Origin: Camelus dromedarius
Lineage: Eukaryota
Reading direction: 5' to 3'
DNA length: 64,000 nt
NCBI RefSeq assembly: GCF_036321535.1
Contig: NC_087447.1
Coordinates: 48,238,001 to 48,302,000 of the forward strand
Shown: one piece after another, positions 25,190 through 39,600 of the stretch
Numbering within the stretch: position 1 is the first letter of the stretch
How the letters are laid out: each line of letters begins with the position of its first letter
The notes under the pieces: model-generated
Databases searched by the model: none
Told to the model about the DNA's origin: nothing
The model's input: the letters and a program-made list of their open reading frames with translations, nothing else
Program-made: the position numbers and the translations under genes

Positions 25190-27135
25190 AATTCTTTGAG
25201 TCTTGATTTCCTCATCTTGTGGTAAGGATACAAGTCCTTCTTTATTTGCTTTAGAAGATTGTGGTAAAGAACAATTGAGAAACTGTCTGTGAAGGTGTTT
25301 TAGAAAAAAGAAGGCTCTGTATTGTTATTACTGGATGGCATAACATTTTCTAAAATAAAGTTTTGAAATTTTGAAGAATCATAATCCAGAAAATTGGGGG
25401 AGGAGATGTGGCAAAGGTCAAGTGGTATAGTAACTCCCCTAAGCCTATATGGCTGAGCATGCTGGGGAGTCCTTCATGAGGTCAGTAACCACTTTTTATG
25501 CCATGACAACACTGTCAACTCAGGAAGACTTCTGTTTCACTCTGAAGAATTTGCCTTCTTGGCTTGGAAGGAACAGAATTACCTCAAGTGATTTAGGGTA
25601 GAGATTTGTTGAGCATTTCATGGTAACATGCTAGAGTGCCCTGAAATGCTGAGCAGCCTAGTTTCAGGAAGAGTTGGAATTCAGGACGAGAGGATGGTTC
25701 TGGATTCAAGAAGAGGCTAGGGACCACAATAGAGTTAGAAGGTCTGGCTTCCTCTTAGCCAGATTTGAAGAATAATCTGTACACTTGGATTGAGTCTTAG
25801 TCTCCTCATCTGTAAAATGGAAAAAAATAACAAAAGAATTGTTCCGTAACTGGATTATTTTCTATGTATGGCAGAATAATGGAATCCAAGACCATTAGAG
25901 ATAGAAGGGCCTTAGGAATTTTCTATATATAATGAATAAAAATGTAGCTGTTCTAATTAAGGAAGAAGGCAGGAGTTTTTGATGGTAGCCCTATCCACCT
26001 GGCCTTTCCCTTGATCTTAGAGCTCCTAGTGTATCACCCTTAATGTACATATTTGGATACTGAGGTCTAGAAAGAAGAAGAGATTTGCTCCCGGTTACAT
26101 AATGGTAGTGCTGGGACTTGAACCCAGATTTCTTGAATTCCAGTATGATGGTCTTTCCCTGAACATAAGCTGGTTCCTAAAACATGAGAAGAGTATGTAT
26201 AAAAGGCTAAGATTGATAGGAATAAAAGTACTAAGACTCCAAAGGATACATAGGTAACACACATGAACCAGCAATTCATAAAGGAAATATAATTTTGCAA
26301 CAAAGCATGAGGAGAGCTTTGATCATACTAACTACAGAAAATGAAAACTATGCAATTTATAAACTGTCAAATTTGCAAAGATTTTTGATATGTAATTTTT
26401 TGCTTACAAAATTTGGAAAGTTTTCAAATATATTAATACTCAGTGCTTATGAAGGTGCGGTAAAAGAGGAAATACAGAGAAATAGAGTGATAGCAATTTC
26501 ACAAAATATATAAAAAACCTCAAAATGAATCTATCTCAAACTAATTCTGCTTCTCATGATAACTATCATAAGAAAGTAATTTTAATATGAAAATTTAGTA
26601 TAAAGTAAAAAGTAGGCAATTTAGAAACCAATGATACATCTTTATAATAGAATACTATGCAGCCACAAAATGATATTTGCAATGGGTTTTTAAAAAAATA
26701 AACTAGAGTAGAGTTTATGTCATAATACACCAGAAACAAAACTGCCAGTAAAATTGGATGCAGACTATATTAAAATTATTTTTAAAACACATAGATAAAA
26801 GAGAAATATAATCAAATGTTAACATCCTGGCTGTCTTTGGGTAGTGTTGATTTTGTTTTTAATTTTCTGTCTTCTTCAAATGTTTTGTAGTATGTCCCGT
26901 CTTTTTTTTTTTTTAACAAAATATTCACAGAAGTTCAAATAGTAGTAAACATCATGAGAAGCATTTATATTTTGACTAGCAAACCTTGGGGCCATAGGGG
27001 TTAGTATTCTTCAGCAGGCCCAGTGTTCGTCCATAGTATTTTCTGGTGCCTCTCATATGTACATGCAATAAAGATGCTGAGAGAAACCCAGTGCTGAATC
27101 AGACAAGGATTCTAAAATCAAAGAGCATGATTTGG

Positions 27136-27668
<533 letters not shown>

Positions 27669-29277
27669 GAGCATGATCTGGTGATCAGACAAACACGACT
27701 ATAAATAACTATAATACAAATGATAAAGTCCATAAGGTTAGGTACAGAAAAGTAAGTTGAACAGAGTTATTAGTGTAGTAGAAGCTATGGGTATGTGAAT
27801 AGGAGTGGTTGGAATGGTAAATCATAGGTAGATCATGAGAGTTGCAAATGCCAAAGAAAGGAGTGTGTTGTTAAATTGAAGGGCTATCAGTAGCTATTGA
27901 AGGTTTTTTTTTTTTTTAATGTTTTCTAAAACATAATCTCCATGATATGTACTTCAGGAAGGCAGCTTTTTAGAAATAAACTGGAATGGGATGAGACTGA
28001 AAACTGGTCGTTCAGTTAGAAACCAACGTAATAGTTCAGGTGAGAGACGATGAAAGTGGATCTTTGAAGTTGACGTGGAGGTAAAGAGGAAGCATTCAAA
28101 CAAAGACATAGAGAGGATAATTGGAGATGAAGGTTAGAAGCTCATATTGCAGTAGGCCAAGGAAATGTTACTGTCTTCTGAGGAATTTGTTTCAAAATCG
28201 GCATCCACAACATGATTTTGTAAAATCTGCACTTGTGTTTCCTACCCCAAGCTGCCAGGGAGAAGAACTACACTAGAGGCTATGAGTAGTTTGCTAGAGT
28301 GAAATTACAGTTTTTCTGTTTCTGTTTTTCAGTACACATGTAATCATTGGAGGTTGGGTGGCAGCAGCACAAAGGGTTCATTTTAGTCTATAAGAATTTT
28401 TCTTATGTCAAGTAATGATATGAGCTATAATAGGTGGTTTAGTGCAGGCCAACCTGAAAGGGACAGGAAGAGGCCGGAGAGGATAGCCTCTCAGTTATCC
28501 AAGTACCCTAGTATCTTTTTGCTGGAGGAACTTTGTGCTGCTGATACTCTCCCAGTATCCCTGTGCTGGAGGCTGAGCTGGACCAACCTGAACCCAGGTT
28601 CTGGGCTTCTAGAAAGATTCTCAACTGAGTTGCACACCTACGTGCTCAGTGAGTGGTTCTTTGCATCGCTCTCTCCCTCCTTATGGGCTTTTCTAAGGTC
28701 CTGCTAACCACTTGAGCTTCCCTCTTGCAGCCTCTTTCATCATCCTTTCTCCCTCTCTCCTGGGTTAGGTAATCCCCACTCACTCAGCCCAGCCTTGCAC
28801 AAGCAGAAAACTCCTGCTGAACTATAGGCTAGGGAATCAGAACCATTTCTTTCTGGCTTTTTAAAAGGTAGCCAACTTTTTCCTACCTCTGGCTTTTTTA
28901 TCTTTTTTTTTTTCCCTTTCAAGTATGATTTTCTTTGTACCAAAACCATACCAAAAAATAGAAGCCTAAGAGTCCTACTAAAGCTAAAATAGTTTTCAAT
29001 TGGAGGTAGCTTAATGCATATATTTTCACTCAAGCTATAAACTAGAGCTATTTGACACCCCTGGGAAACTTTTTATAATAGATAGCACAGAATTATTCCT
29101 TTAAAGGAAGTTTAACCTGAGATCAAACATATTCTTTAGAGAGCCTCCCTTTCTTCTTTCTTGTTCCCTAAAGCTTTCTCTGATGTGGTTGTGCTGAGGG
29201 CTGGAATAGGAATTTTAAAAAGTTTTTAAAGACAGCTGGCTTGTAAAACTAAAGCCAGAAAGGCAGTTTCTCCATGC

Positions 29278-29278
<1 letters not shown>

Positions 29279-29323
<45 letters not shown>
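29279..29323. repeat. (TG)n microsatellite
   Basis: Directly visible. Confidence 0.99.
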
Positions 29324-29325
<2 letters not shown>

Positions 29326-30469
29326 TGCAAGATCTGGAAAAAAATATAAAATCCATAATTACATCTGGGAACCTTTAAATATTTATTCATTAATTATTCA
29401 ACATTTATTGGAGCTTCATCATGCCTTAATCTGTGCCAAATGTTGGGGATACAAAGAAAAATGAAGAATATTCCTTTAAGAATATGCTACACAGGACCAA
29501 GTAAAGATTAAGTGAACAAAGATTGGGAGACATCTGTCTTGAGAGGGAGGAGAAATTTACAAAACTGAAGAAGTTGGTGCTTCAGTGCTTCTAGCCTTCA
29601 TTCTTATATGAGAAAAGACTAACTTCATGGTTATTTCCTCAGTTAAGTTGCTTCTGGCCCAAATTCATGTGTATTGTGTAAAAGCCAAATCACCAAGTGT
29701 AGGTTTAAGTTTTAGGGTTGGCAATGGGAGGATCTCAGAGCTTCTAGTTTGCTTTTGCTGTTGTTGACCATAAGAAGAGACTTCCAGAGCTAAAAATCCA
29801 TTATCGTTACCCTCTTTTTGTCATGTACAAGTTGTTTAAGCTTAGGCAAGCCCCCTATTTTCTTCCCTATCCCTTAGGCAAGCCATCTGTCTTCAGTTCT
29901 GTTATCTATAAAGTGAGAAAGCATACCTGTCATCCTACCTTTGATAAAATTGCATAATGTTCACTTAGGTGGTTTGAAAAGTACAAAACAATAAACATGA
30001 CAGTATCTGTTAATCTTTGAGGTGGAAAAAAAAAAGGCTACTCCTTTAAAAATGCTCACAATCTAGTGGGAAAGATATACAAGTGAACAAACAGTTACAA
30101 TATAGTGTTGAGAGCATGAAATCTAGGCTGGGCAAATATAGTGGAGGGACTCCACCATTCCTGTGAAATGCGTGCAAGAAGCTAAATAGGAAAGGTAACA
30201 TTTGATTTGTGTCTTGAAAGAGAAGTAGGAGTTTTCCAGGTCAATGAATAAAGAAAGATCATTTCAGGAGAGGAAATTGCAGGTACAAAGACAGGAAGTG
30301 TGAGAGAATATATCATGATTGGAGAATTATAGGAATTTATTTTGACTGGGGAGTAATATTTGTGTTGAACAGGGTGGGAAATGAGGCTAGATAGATAGGA
30401 AAGTTCTAGGGAGTAGAGGACTTGGTATGTTGCATTCAGGAGTTTGGATTTGATCCTATAGGCTACTAT

Positions 30470-30681
30470 AGGGAGCCAATAGCCTTATGTGGCTACTTAC
30501 ATTAAAATTAATTTAAATATTAAAGTTAATTAAAATTAAATGAAATTAAAATCCAGTTCCTGGTTTGCATGAGTCACATTTCAACTGCTCAATTGCCACA
30601 TGTGGTTGGTAGCTACCATATTGGACAGAGCAGATACAGAACATTTATGTATCTGTAGAAAGTTCTATTGGACAGCAGTGC
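30470..30681. mobile_element. MER33/MER3-like hAT element
   Basis: gccacatgtggttggtagctaccatattggacag...gaaagttctattggacagc. Confidence 0.75.
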
Positions 30682-30795
30682 TATAGGCAGGGTGTAGGGG
30701 AGCATTAAACATCTTTGGGCAGAGAAAGTGATATGGTCATATTTATGTTTATAAATATCACTCTGTTGTCAGCATTAAGAATGGCTTGGAGTAGT

Positions 30796-30921
30796 GGGGG
30801 ATGGTATAGCTCAGTGGGAGATTACATGCTTAGCATGCACAAGGTCCTGGATTCAATCCCCAGTACCTCCGTTATAAACAAACAAACAAACCTAATTACC
30901 TCTCCCCAGCCAAAAAAAAAA
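30796..30921 (+). mobile_element. tRNA-Ala-derived SINE (Vic-1-like)
   Basis: Same head and tail; cttggag in both flanks. Confidence 0.87.
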
Positions 30922-31449
30922 GTCTTGGAGAAGAGGGAGAGAGAGATTTGTCAAATCATTTTAAAAGTGAAGTGATCACAAATTACTATTTGGTTACCTC
31001 TACCTTAGCCTTACTGTCTTAGCTGCCTCCCCACTATATCCACTCATCATAATGGCACAACTATTCAGATTTTAGGCTTAAAGGATTTACTTCAGGCAGC
31101 CTTTACAGGTGGTATTCAAATGTTCCACCCCTTTTCCTCTATTTCTCCCAATGAGGAGGTCAGGAGAGATTAGGTGAGCTTTAACCTAGTTCCTACTCTA
31201 GGTGGATGGCCAAGGAGCTTCTGGAAGATAAAGAGAGGGACAGCAGCAGGTCATATGCCTGGGAGAATGGGAAACTGGCTTATCTGCCACCTATTTGTAG
31301 ACTGATAGTCAATACCCATCCCAGATTTAACTCAAAATATCCCTTACTGCCCGTATCTAATCAGTCAGCAATCTTGCCCATTGCACTTCCTTAACATCTT
31401 TCATACTGATTTTTCTCCACCTCTGTCAGTACCTTAATTATTCCCTTAG

Positions 31450-31609
31450 AGAACTTCCATGTTGATGAACATATGGAGATCTGGGGAGAGTAGTATGTCC
31501 AGAGAAAGCATGGCCTTTCATCATACGTTGTCCTATATGTCTCTTCCATCTAAATGGTCATCTGAATCCTTTATCATATCCTTTTAATAAACTGGGAATC
31601 CAGTTTAAA
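31450..31609 (+). mobile_element. MER21-like LTR fragment with 14-bp TSD
   Basis: ctcttccatct...cctttatcatatccttttaataaac resembles the MER21 U3/R region. Confidence 0.6.
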
Positions 31610-33705
31610 AATTCCTCCCTTAGTCTTCTGGCTGGATTCCCCGGCTCCATACTCTCCTCCATTCTTCACTCTTCACTGGCTCCTGACTGGTCAAAGCTTC
31701 CTCAGTCCTTTGGTCTGGAATCTAACAATTTGACTATTTTTCTGCCTCTCTAGTCTCTTTTCTCACCACTTTTTTTTTTCTATATCTACAGTTTAGCTAA
31801 ACTTGAAGTTCCTCAAACATTCACCACTCCCCACTTTTCAAAACCACACTGAGTAAATGGCAGAGGCAGGATTAGATTCTATGCATATTTTCCCATCTTT
31901 ATACTGTGCCACTTGTGAAAATGCAGACAAGAGATGCCTTTGTAGAGACGGGTTAGAGGTAGGAGAAAAAAAGAGAAAGAAGAAGAGGAAGATTTTAATC
32001 AATTCATCAGATGCATATTACCATGGCCTAGGCACTGGACTAGATTTTGGAGACACAGAGACAAATCCTTTACCTTGGAAAGCTCATAATATATAAGAGG
32101 CAGGAGCCTTGGTACCTGAAAAGAGGCCTGTGTTGAGTTGTGTCTTGGTTTCCCCAAGGGAATTTTCAGTTTTAGAGGCTAGAGAAAAAATAAGTCAGAG
32201 AAGCTACAGAATAATGGATATGCGAGGATTTGTCACATCTGTGTGAAAGTGTCCTTCTGGGAAGTTCAGTAAGTTCATATTCCTTTATTACACATGACAT
32301 CACCAACAGAGCTTGGCATTAATAATATAGATTCCAATACATCCTTGGATATTGCTAAAGTGTCTTTACATCCATATATGCTGATTTCACCTCCCTTTGG
32401 GTCCTTGATTCCTGACCTTTTAAAGTATTCTAGTTGTCTTGGGAATACTTGTACTTTGATTTGTAGAACTAATTGTCCCCTTTTTCTTCTTTTTCCCTCT
32501 TCCCTTCAGCTTCCTCCCTCCTCAGAGTGTATGACCGACACAGTCATGAGTCTGTATCTTACCAGATTGCTTTTACTTTGTTTAGACAAGGGAAAAACTC
32601 TCTGACCTAGCCAACCTGCCCTTTATGAAGCCTACAGTTGCAGTCCTATAGAGCAGAAGGAGCACAGATGCTAGAATCAGTCAGCTCTTCATTTACAGTG
32701 TGACTTATGTTAACTAGATAACTTCTTCATGCCTCTGTTCCTCAGGTATGAAATGGGTGTAATGATCCCCAGCTACTCAGGATTATTGGGAGGATTGAAT
32801 GAATCCATATAACTGAAGATCTGACTGGGCACAAACTAAGAACTTGAAGTGTTTTGGTTTTTTTTTTTTCCTATTTAAAAATTCAATTCTAAAATCCGAA
32901 CAGCTTTTAGATACCAGTCACTGTGGTGGAAGAGATGTGACTTGTCTGCTATTTCTCCAGGAAAATTAACATAGTTTACACACAATTCTGCTATTTCATC
33001 TGCCATACTATGTATTCATTATTTGTTACTTTCTCTTTCCCATGTTTGATTGCGAGTTCCTCAAGGACTAAAAGCCTGATTATTTCATTCCAGCACCTGG
33101 CACAAGATGTAGAGATTTTACTTCTAACCTCGATTTAAAAGCTGAATGACCCAAAGTGAATTTTTTGACATTCAATTGACTCATAATAATTGTTAATAAC
33201 TATTTTTTATTTGAGTGGCCACTATGTGCAATGCATTATGCTCAGTGCATCACTCACCTGTGAGTTTGTCTCTTTAGACAGTCTCTTAGCAACTCTTCCC
33301 CACGGGGGTTTAGGGCTACCATTGGGGGACATAGATTTAACTACATAGCCCTTTGTAGTTCCTTGTAATTTCATCATGGGGAGGACTGATAAAGCAATAG
33401 AATAAGTTATCTTGGCAGGGTTTCTGACAACACAGCCAAATTTCTGTTACTGAAGACCCATTCATATTTACCAGATTTTACACATTTTCCTTGCTAAGAA
33501 TAAAATAATAATAACAAAATGGTAGCAGCAGCAATAATAACAGCAACAATAAAAATAACTGCATATTTATTTCACTTGATGTTGACTTTGTGACAGAGTT
33601 TATATACAGTTTTATGTGTATATTTCTGTAACTGAAATTCCTCATTGCTTTATAATTGTCTGTTTACTACTTGGCCTCCCTACTAATCTCTATGAGCCAC
33701 TTAAA

Positions 33706-34633
33706 AATTGTTTATATTTATGGTGTAAAATATGATAATTTAACATACATATATCTAGTGAAATGATTACTACAACCAAGCTAGTTTACATATCATCTCC
33801 TCATATAGTTGGCTTTGTGATGAGAGTACCTGAAGTCTACCATCTTAGTATATTTCCAGTATTCAATGTAGTAATATTAACTATAGTCGTCATGCTGTAC
33901 ATTAGATCTCTAAATTTATTCATCCTGCATAAGTAGAACTTTGTAAAATTTGAGTAACATCTCATCTCTCCCCTTCCTCCCAATGCCCCAGTTCCTGGTA
34001 ACTACCATTCTGTAATCTGCTTCTGTGAGTTTGACTATTTTACATTCCACATATAAGTGAGATCATGGACTATGTGTTTTTCTGAGCCTGGCTTACTTCA
34101 TTTAGCATAAGGTCCTCCAGGTTCACCCATGCTGTCACAAACGACAGGATTTCCTTCTTTTTAAAGGCTGTTGTAATATTATATTATACATACACTGTTT
34201 ATACTGTTTTCCATAGGAGCTGTACCAATTTACATTGGTAAATTTACAAGCTTTCCCTTTTCTCCACATTCTTGGCAATACTTGCTATCTTTTGTCTTTT
34301 TGGTAATAGCCATTCTAACAGGTGTGAGGTGATTTCTCTTTGTGGTTTTGTTTTATGTTTCTCTGATGATTAGTGATGTTGAGCATCTTATCATATACCT
34401 GTTGCCCATTTTATGTTTTCTTTTGAGAAATGTCTTTTCAGATCTTTTGCCAAATTTTAAATCAGGTTACTTCTTTTCTTGCTATCAAGTTGAGTTCCTT
34501 ATGTATTTTGGATATTACCAAGTGCATTATCAAGTGTATGATTTGCAAACATTTTCTTCCAGTCTGTAGATTGTGTCTTCACTCTGTTGATTGTGTCCTT
34601 TACTACGCAAAAGACTTTTAGTTTAATGCGATC
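33706..34633 (-). mobile_element. L1MA-type L1 3' portion inserted in an L2 end
   Basis: Antisense L1 3' UTR/ORF2. 18-bp TSD ctctatga(g/a)ccacttaaa at 33688-33705 and 34634-34651. Confidence 0.88.
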
Positions 34634-35329
34634 CTCTATGAACCACTTAAAGCAGGGGACCATGTGATATTCATATCTGTGTTCTCAAGGTTCAATCAAA
34701 GGACTGGCACAAAGTCATGCTAAGTAAATGATTGACGTATGTAAAATAAGTAAATTAATGTGTGCAGTGACATTATCTCATGTGAGAAGGGGTATGTCAG
34801 AGGAAGAACACTGCATAAACAAGACTGAGTTTAAAACAACTCTGCCTCGGTTGACCCCAGACACGTCTCCTAATCTCTTGAAATACCCTTATATGTAAAA
34901 TCGAGTGATAATATCTAACAGGTTTATAATGAGGAATAAATTAAGCTATGCCCTGAGTGTAATGCACTGTGCATAGGGGCCACTCAGAAAAAAAATAGTT
35001 ATCAATTATTATGAGGCAACTGAATGTCAGAAAGGCTCGCTTAGGGTCACTCAGTTTTTAAATAGAGGTTAGAAGTCAGAGCTCCATGTCTTGTGCTAGA
35101 CGCTAGAAAGAATTAATCAGAGGATTTCAGTCCCTGAGGAATTCGCAAACGTGGGAGAAAGTAACAAATAATGAATACACAGTGTGGCATTTAAAATAGC
35201 AGAATTGTGTGTAAAGTAGTGGGGCAACACTGAGATGGCAATTAATTCTGCCCGCAGAAATGACAGTGAAGGTGACACTTGAGCTATAGTGAGGGCAGAG
35301 TCTGAGGGGATTTCTAGACACTGAGTCTC

Positions 35330-35790
35330 AGAAGCTGCCGGAACCAACGTGCTGCGGGAGTTGAGTCTCGGTCGGATATTGTTCCTGGACCGGATCGAGT
35401 CCGTTCCGTCAGTGTTTTCAGACGTTCAGGGGACGCGCCTTCTTGGGCAGATCTTCGCTGGCATAATTACAGGCCACGCAGCAGCAAGAGATGAACGGAG
35501 CTCTGGGAAAGGTAACGTAGGTTCCACGCACGCTGGGCGCAGGGGAGGTGGTGAGGAGAGCAGAGCTGGGAGGTGGCCGCGGGGCTATCACGCCGCTGCA
35601 AACATCCGGGTAAGAGGCTTGAGCGAGAACAAGGCTCTTCCCGGCAGCACGTGCGGCGCCTTGTAGTCAGAGCGTTGAACTCCCCTGTCTCCTCCCGGGG
35701 CCGACTCGGCTGCGCTAACCCGAGCGCCACACCCCCACCGCGCTACCCTCGCGGTCCATTGGTCTGGAAAGAGATGAGCCCCGCAATGGG
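35330..35790 (+). promoter_or_regulatory. MRPL48 CpG-rich promoter / 5' UTR / start of intron 1
   Basis: Local CpG cluster around the ATG exon. Confidence 0.85.
35491..35511 (+). CDS. MRPL48: MRPL48 coding exon 1 (MNGALGK)
   Basis: ATG at 35491 in a CpG-rich segment, donor AAG|GTAACG. Joins exon 2 in frame; similar to human MSGTLEK. Confidence 0.88.
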
Positions 35791-37435
35791 AATCATTACA
35801 GGATAGATCTTAATAACATATATGACCTTGAATAGGTCATTTTATTTTTGCTTTAAGTCATCAACTTTCAGAATTTTTTTTAAGAATGCTGTTTTAACTT
35901 GCTGAACATTTTGGGAATTTGAGGCTGCTTGGCGACAGGGAAGAGTAATAATAAACTACATTTTTACTTACAAAACCGGAGTTAAGTGACTACAGTAAAA
36001 CCGCATGAGCCACTATCTGGCCAAAACAGTAGGGCAGAATGCAAGAGTAAAGTCAGTTAAAAAAGGAGCCTGGAAGGGAACAGTGGCATCAGACTCAGAG
36101 GGGCCCTATATGCCATTGTATCTTTAGGTGATGGCCTAATGACAGATTTCCATGGACTTTTCAGGAATCTAGAATGGCCAAAACCAGTATTCTTTGAAAA
36201 CTGATCTCTCTCTTTCAGCATTCCTCAGATCAAATCTCTTAGACCAGGAGCATGGAGCTTCCAATCTGACCATCTTTAACAATTAACTTTTGAAACTTTG
36301 ATTTTTTTTTTTTTTTTTCTGTTATCCTTTCACCAGGTCTAGCCAAATTCTCACAGTCTGGCTAAGGTGAACAACATTGAGTTATTTCATTAAGGATGAA
36401 GTGAGGTTTGAGACCTTAAGGAAACAAACCTAGAGATATTCAGGGACTGCCCCTAAAGTAATTACTAGTACTTACTTTATTTGCCAAATGCTGAATTCCT
36501 AATCCTTGATCTTGTGGAGCTTTCTCACTTGGAATGCCCTCACCTTTCCTACCACCTGTCCAAATGCCCCATCATTCAAGGCCCAGCTCAGCTCTCATCT
36601 TTTCCTAACAACCTTTCAGACCATTCTAGCCAAAATGCTTGGTTATTTTTTGAACTGTTAGCTGGTATTATCTTCTGGCACCTAATCATATGCAGTCCTG
36701 TGACCATACTTTCTCAGTCTGTCTGGAAGTGTTAGTTAATACTTTACATTTATATTATTTATAAGAAAAATACATGGAATTTTCATCAGACCTGTGTTCT
36801 ATCTCTTGCTAGCTATGTGACCTTAGGCAGGTTTTTGACCTCTCTGTGCTTCACTATCTTACCTGTAAAATGCAGATGACAATGCCTATCATGCAGAGTT
36901 GTTTTGAAGATTATAGAAGGTAATGTAAGGTAGGAGTATTTTGTAAGTGTGAAGGACTATACAAATAGGAATATCAATGTTATTCTACAGTTAATAAAGT
37001 GCTTTCATTTGCATAATTTCATTTGATCTTCATGATATTATGAGATAATCCTGGCAGACACAACAGATGAGGAGATGGAAGCTACTGGTACAATGTCTAA
37101 TACATAGTAAGTTCTCAAATATGCCACCGAATGCCTGAATCAATGAATGCCTTACTTAGGTCAACAGTCTCTTAAGTCATGGTACTGAGACTGGAGCCTG
37201 GATTTTCTACCCCTCCTAAGACTCTACTGCCTTTCCTTTTTTTATTTTTTACATCTCCCTAATTTGATAATAATCTTGGTTTTCCTCATCTGTGAAATGA
37301 GGAATGAAAACCTCCCTTGACCTTCCCAGTTGTCAGTCCTTCCCTTCTTTGTAACCTATATAACTCATTATACTGATCTCATACTGCAATGTAATAAGTA
37401 ATTTGTATATCTATTTTCCTCATTAGAGAAACTTG

Positions 37436-37620
37436 AAATATATTCCAAATCTTGTAGTAACCTATAATGGAAAAGAATATGAAAATGAATATATATGTAT
37501 ATGTATGACTGAAACATTATGCTGTATACCACATATTGACACAACACCATAAACTGACTACACTTCAGGTAAAAATAAATAAATAAAGCAAACAAAAAAT
37601 AAAATTGGAAAAAAAAAAAA
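37436..37620 (+). mobile_element. Cetartiodactyl-type L1 3' end
   Basis: Same family; aaacttga in both flanks. Confidence 0.82.
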
Positions 37621-39324
37621 GAAAAACTTGAGGGTAGGGAGGTTAATTTTCTTCATGTCTGTATGTACCCAGCCTACGGTGTACTTGGCTGATAATAAAT
37701 ACTTGATAAATATTAAATGAATAAGTGAATGAACAAATGTTGGCACTATATGGTAGGTACATAGTAGATCTGGGACTAGAACTTCAAACTTTTAGCTCAG
37801 TGCTCTTTTCTTGGGACCCTAAGAAGTTACTAGCTTATAATCATCTCAAGTTTTAGATGAGTGAGAAGCTCACCTTTACTGGAATAAAACTGGTGGAATC
37901 ACATATCTCTTTGGATCAACAGAAGTTGTAAAGCCATGTAGATCTGATTAAGACAGTAATGCTGATAGTCATCAGACCCCAGAAAACATATTAATTGCTC
38001 AAGATAACAGAATGGTATCTGTGGAAGTCAGAATGCACAGGGAATGGGTAGTAAGTCATCTGCTGAGTCACTTTGCACAGAAACTAGGTGGTCCTGGAGT
38101 GTCAAGCTCAGATCTGGTTGTCGTGCACCCTGAGATTACCATTCTTTTCTCAGGGATTACCATATTGTTGAACCACAGGGAAATGGTTAAGGGATAGATG
38201 GTGATCACAAAAGGTATGCCAGCCTTACCAGCCCTTAAGGAGCAATCTTGGGGACTGACTTCATAGTAAGGTGTTTTCAAGAGAAAACATTGAAGGCCAA
38301 GGTGGAGCAGAGTTCATATGAACAAAAAGCAGCGAGGATTGAAGCAAATGACAAACCAACAGACATGAATTAAGAAGATATAAAAAGATATGAAATAGGA
38401 AGACACAAATTTTAGAGTGCCTAGACAGGCAGGAAGTCCAAAAGTCCAGGAAAATGATAAAGAAGTTGGCTATTTCCTGCTCACTGCTAGATCTGAAGGA
38501 CAGGGCTATTTTTCTATTTTGTATCTTCAGCACTGTCACACACTAAGGTACATGTTATTTAATAAATAAGGAGCTGAACAATCACCATTATTATCATTGC
38601 TGCTGTGAATTTGACTATTAACAATGTGCCTTGTACTTGTTAAGTCCTTTTCATATGTTATCTGATTTAATCCTATCAACAACTCTATGAGGTAAATATC
38701 TTTATAACCTCTTTAGAGGTAAGGAAATAAAGTTTGGAGAGATTTATTAATTGTATCAGCAAATATTTGTTGAGCATCTGCTATGTTCCAGAGAATATGC
38801 TAGATGCTGGGATATAGCAATTTCCTGTCTTTGTGGAGCTTATATTTCTAGCAAAAGAGACAGACTAATTAAACATATAACTACTTAACTAATTGTGATA
38901 AATGCCACAAAAGAAAGATTTTGTGTGCTATATGTGTATGTAACAGCAGGATTCAAGTAAGTCTGAGCAGTCATGAATATTTTCTTGAGGATGTTACATG
39001 ACTAAGGCTTAAAGAATGATAGAATTTAGATGGGGAGAATATGTGCAAAGGCCCTAAAATGAGAATATGGTTTGAGTTCCAGAGGACCTAGAGAAAATTG
39101 GAAGGGAGAGAAGCAATGGGTCTTGGATTGAGGGAGAGAATGCAGAGAAGTATGGGGATGAGAGTTGGGGAGACAGTAGGGGATTGGACTTACATTTCAG
39201 TGACCATTGGTATTCTGAAACAGAACTTAGGCCTGGGGGAAGTAAGGGAATTGGGCCTAACAGAGCTCACCGTTGCCTAGAAGTGTCATCTGGCAGTTAT
39301 GTTGTGAAGTCAGATATTTATTTC

Positions 39325-39600
39325 ATTTTTTAAAAAGTTGAGATATAATTCACATACCATGATATTCACCCTTTTAAAGTGAACAATTCAGTGGTTTTCA
39401 GGGTCTTCAGAGTTGTTCAGCCATCACTGCTATCTAATTCCAGAACATTTTCATCCCTCCAAGAAGAAGCCCTGTACCCATAAGCAGTCACTCCTCATTC
39501 CTCCCTCTACTCACCCCCTCGTAATCATTAATCTACTTTCTGTCTCTATGGATTTGTCTGTTCTTATGATTTCATATAAGTGAAATCATACAGTATGTGA
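39325..39600 (-). mobile_element. L1MB-type 3' end
   Basis: gagatataattcacatacca...cagaacattttcatc; similar to 42025-42300. Confidence 0.78.

Noticed and set aside
35349..35806. 105-, 87- and 77-aa ORFs over the MRPL48 promoter
   Set aside because: GC-rich chance ORFs with non-ATG starts; the supported coding piece is the 21-nt exon.
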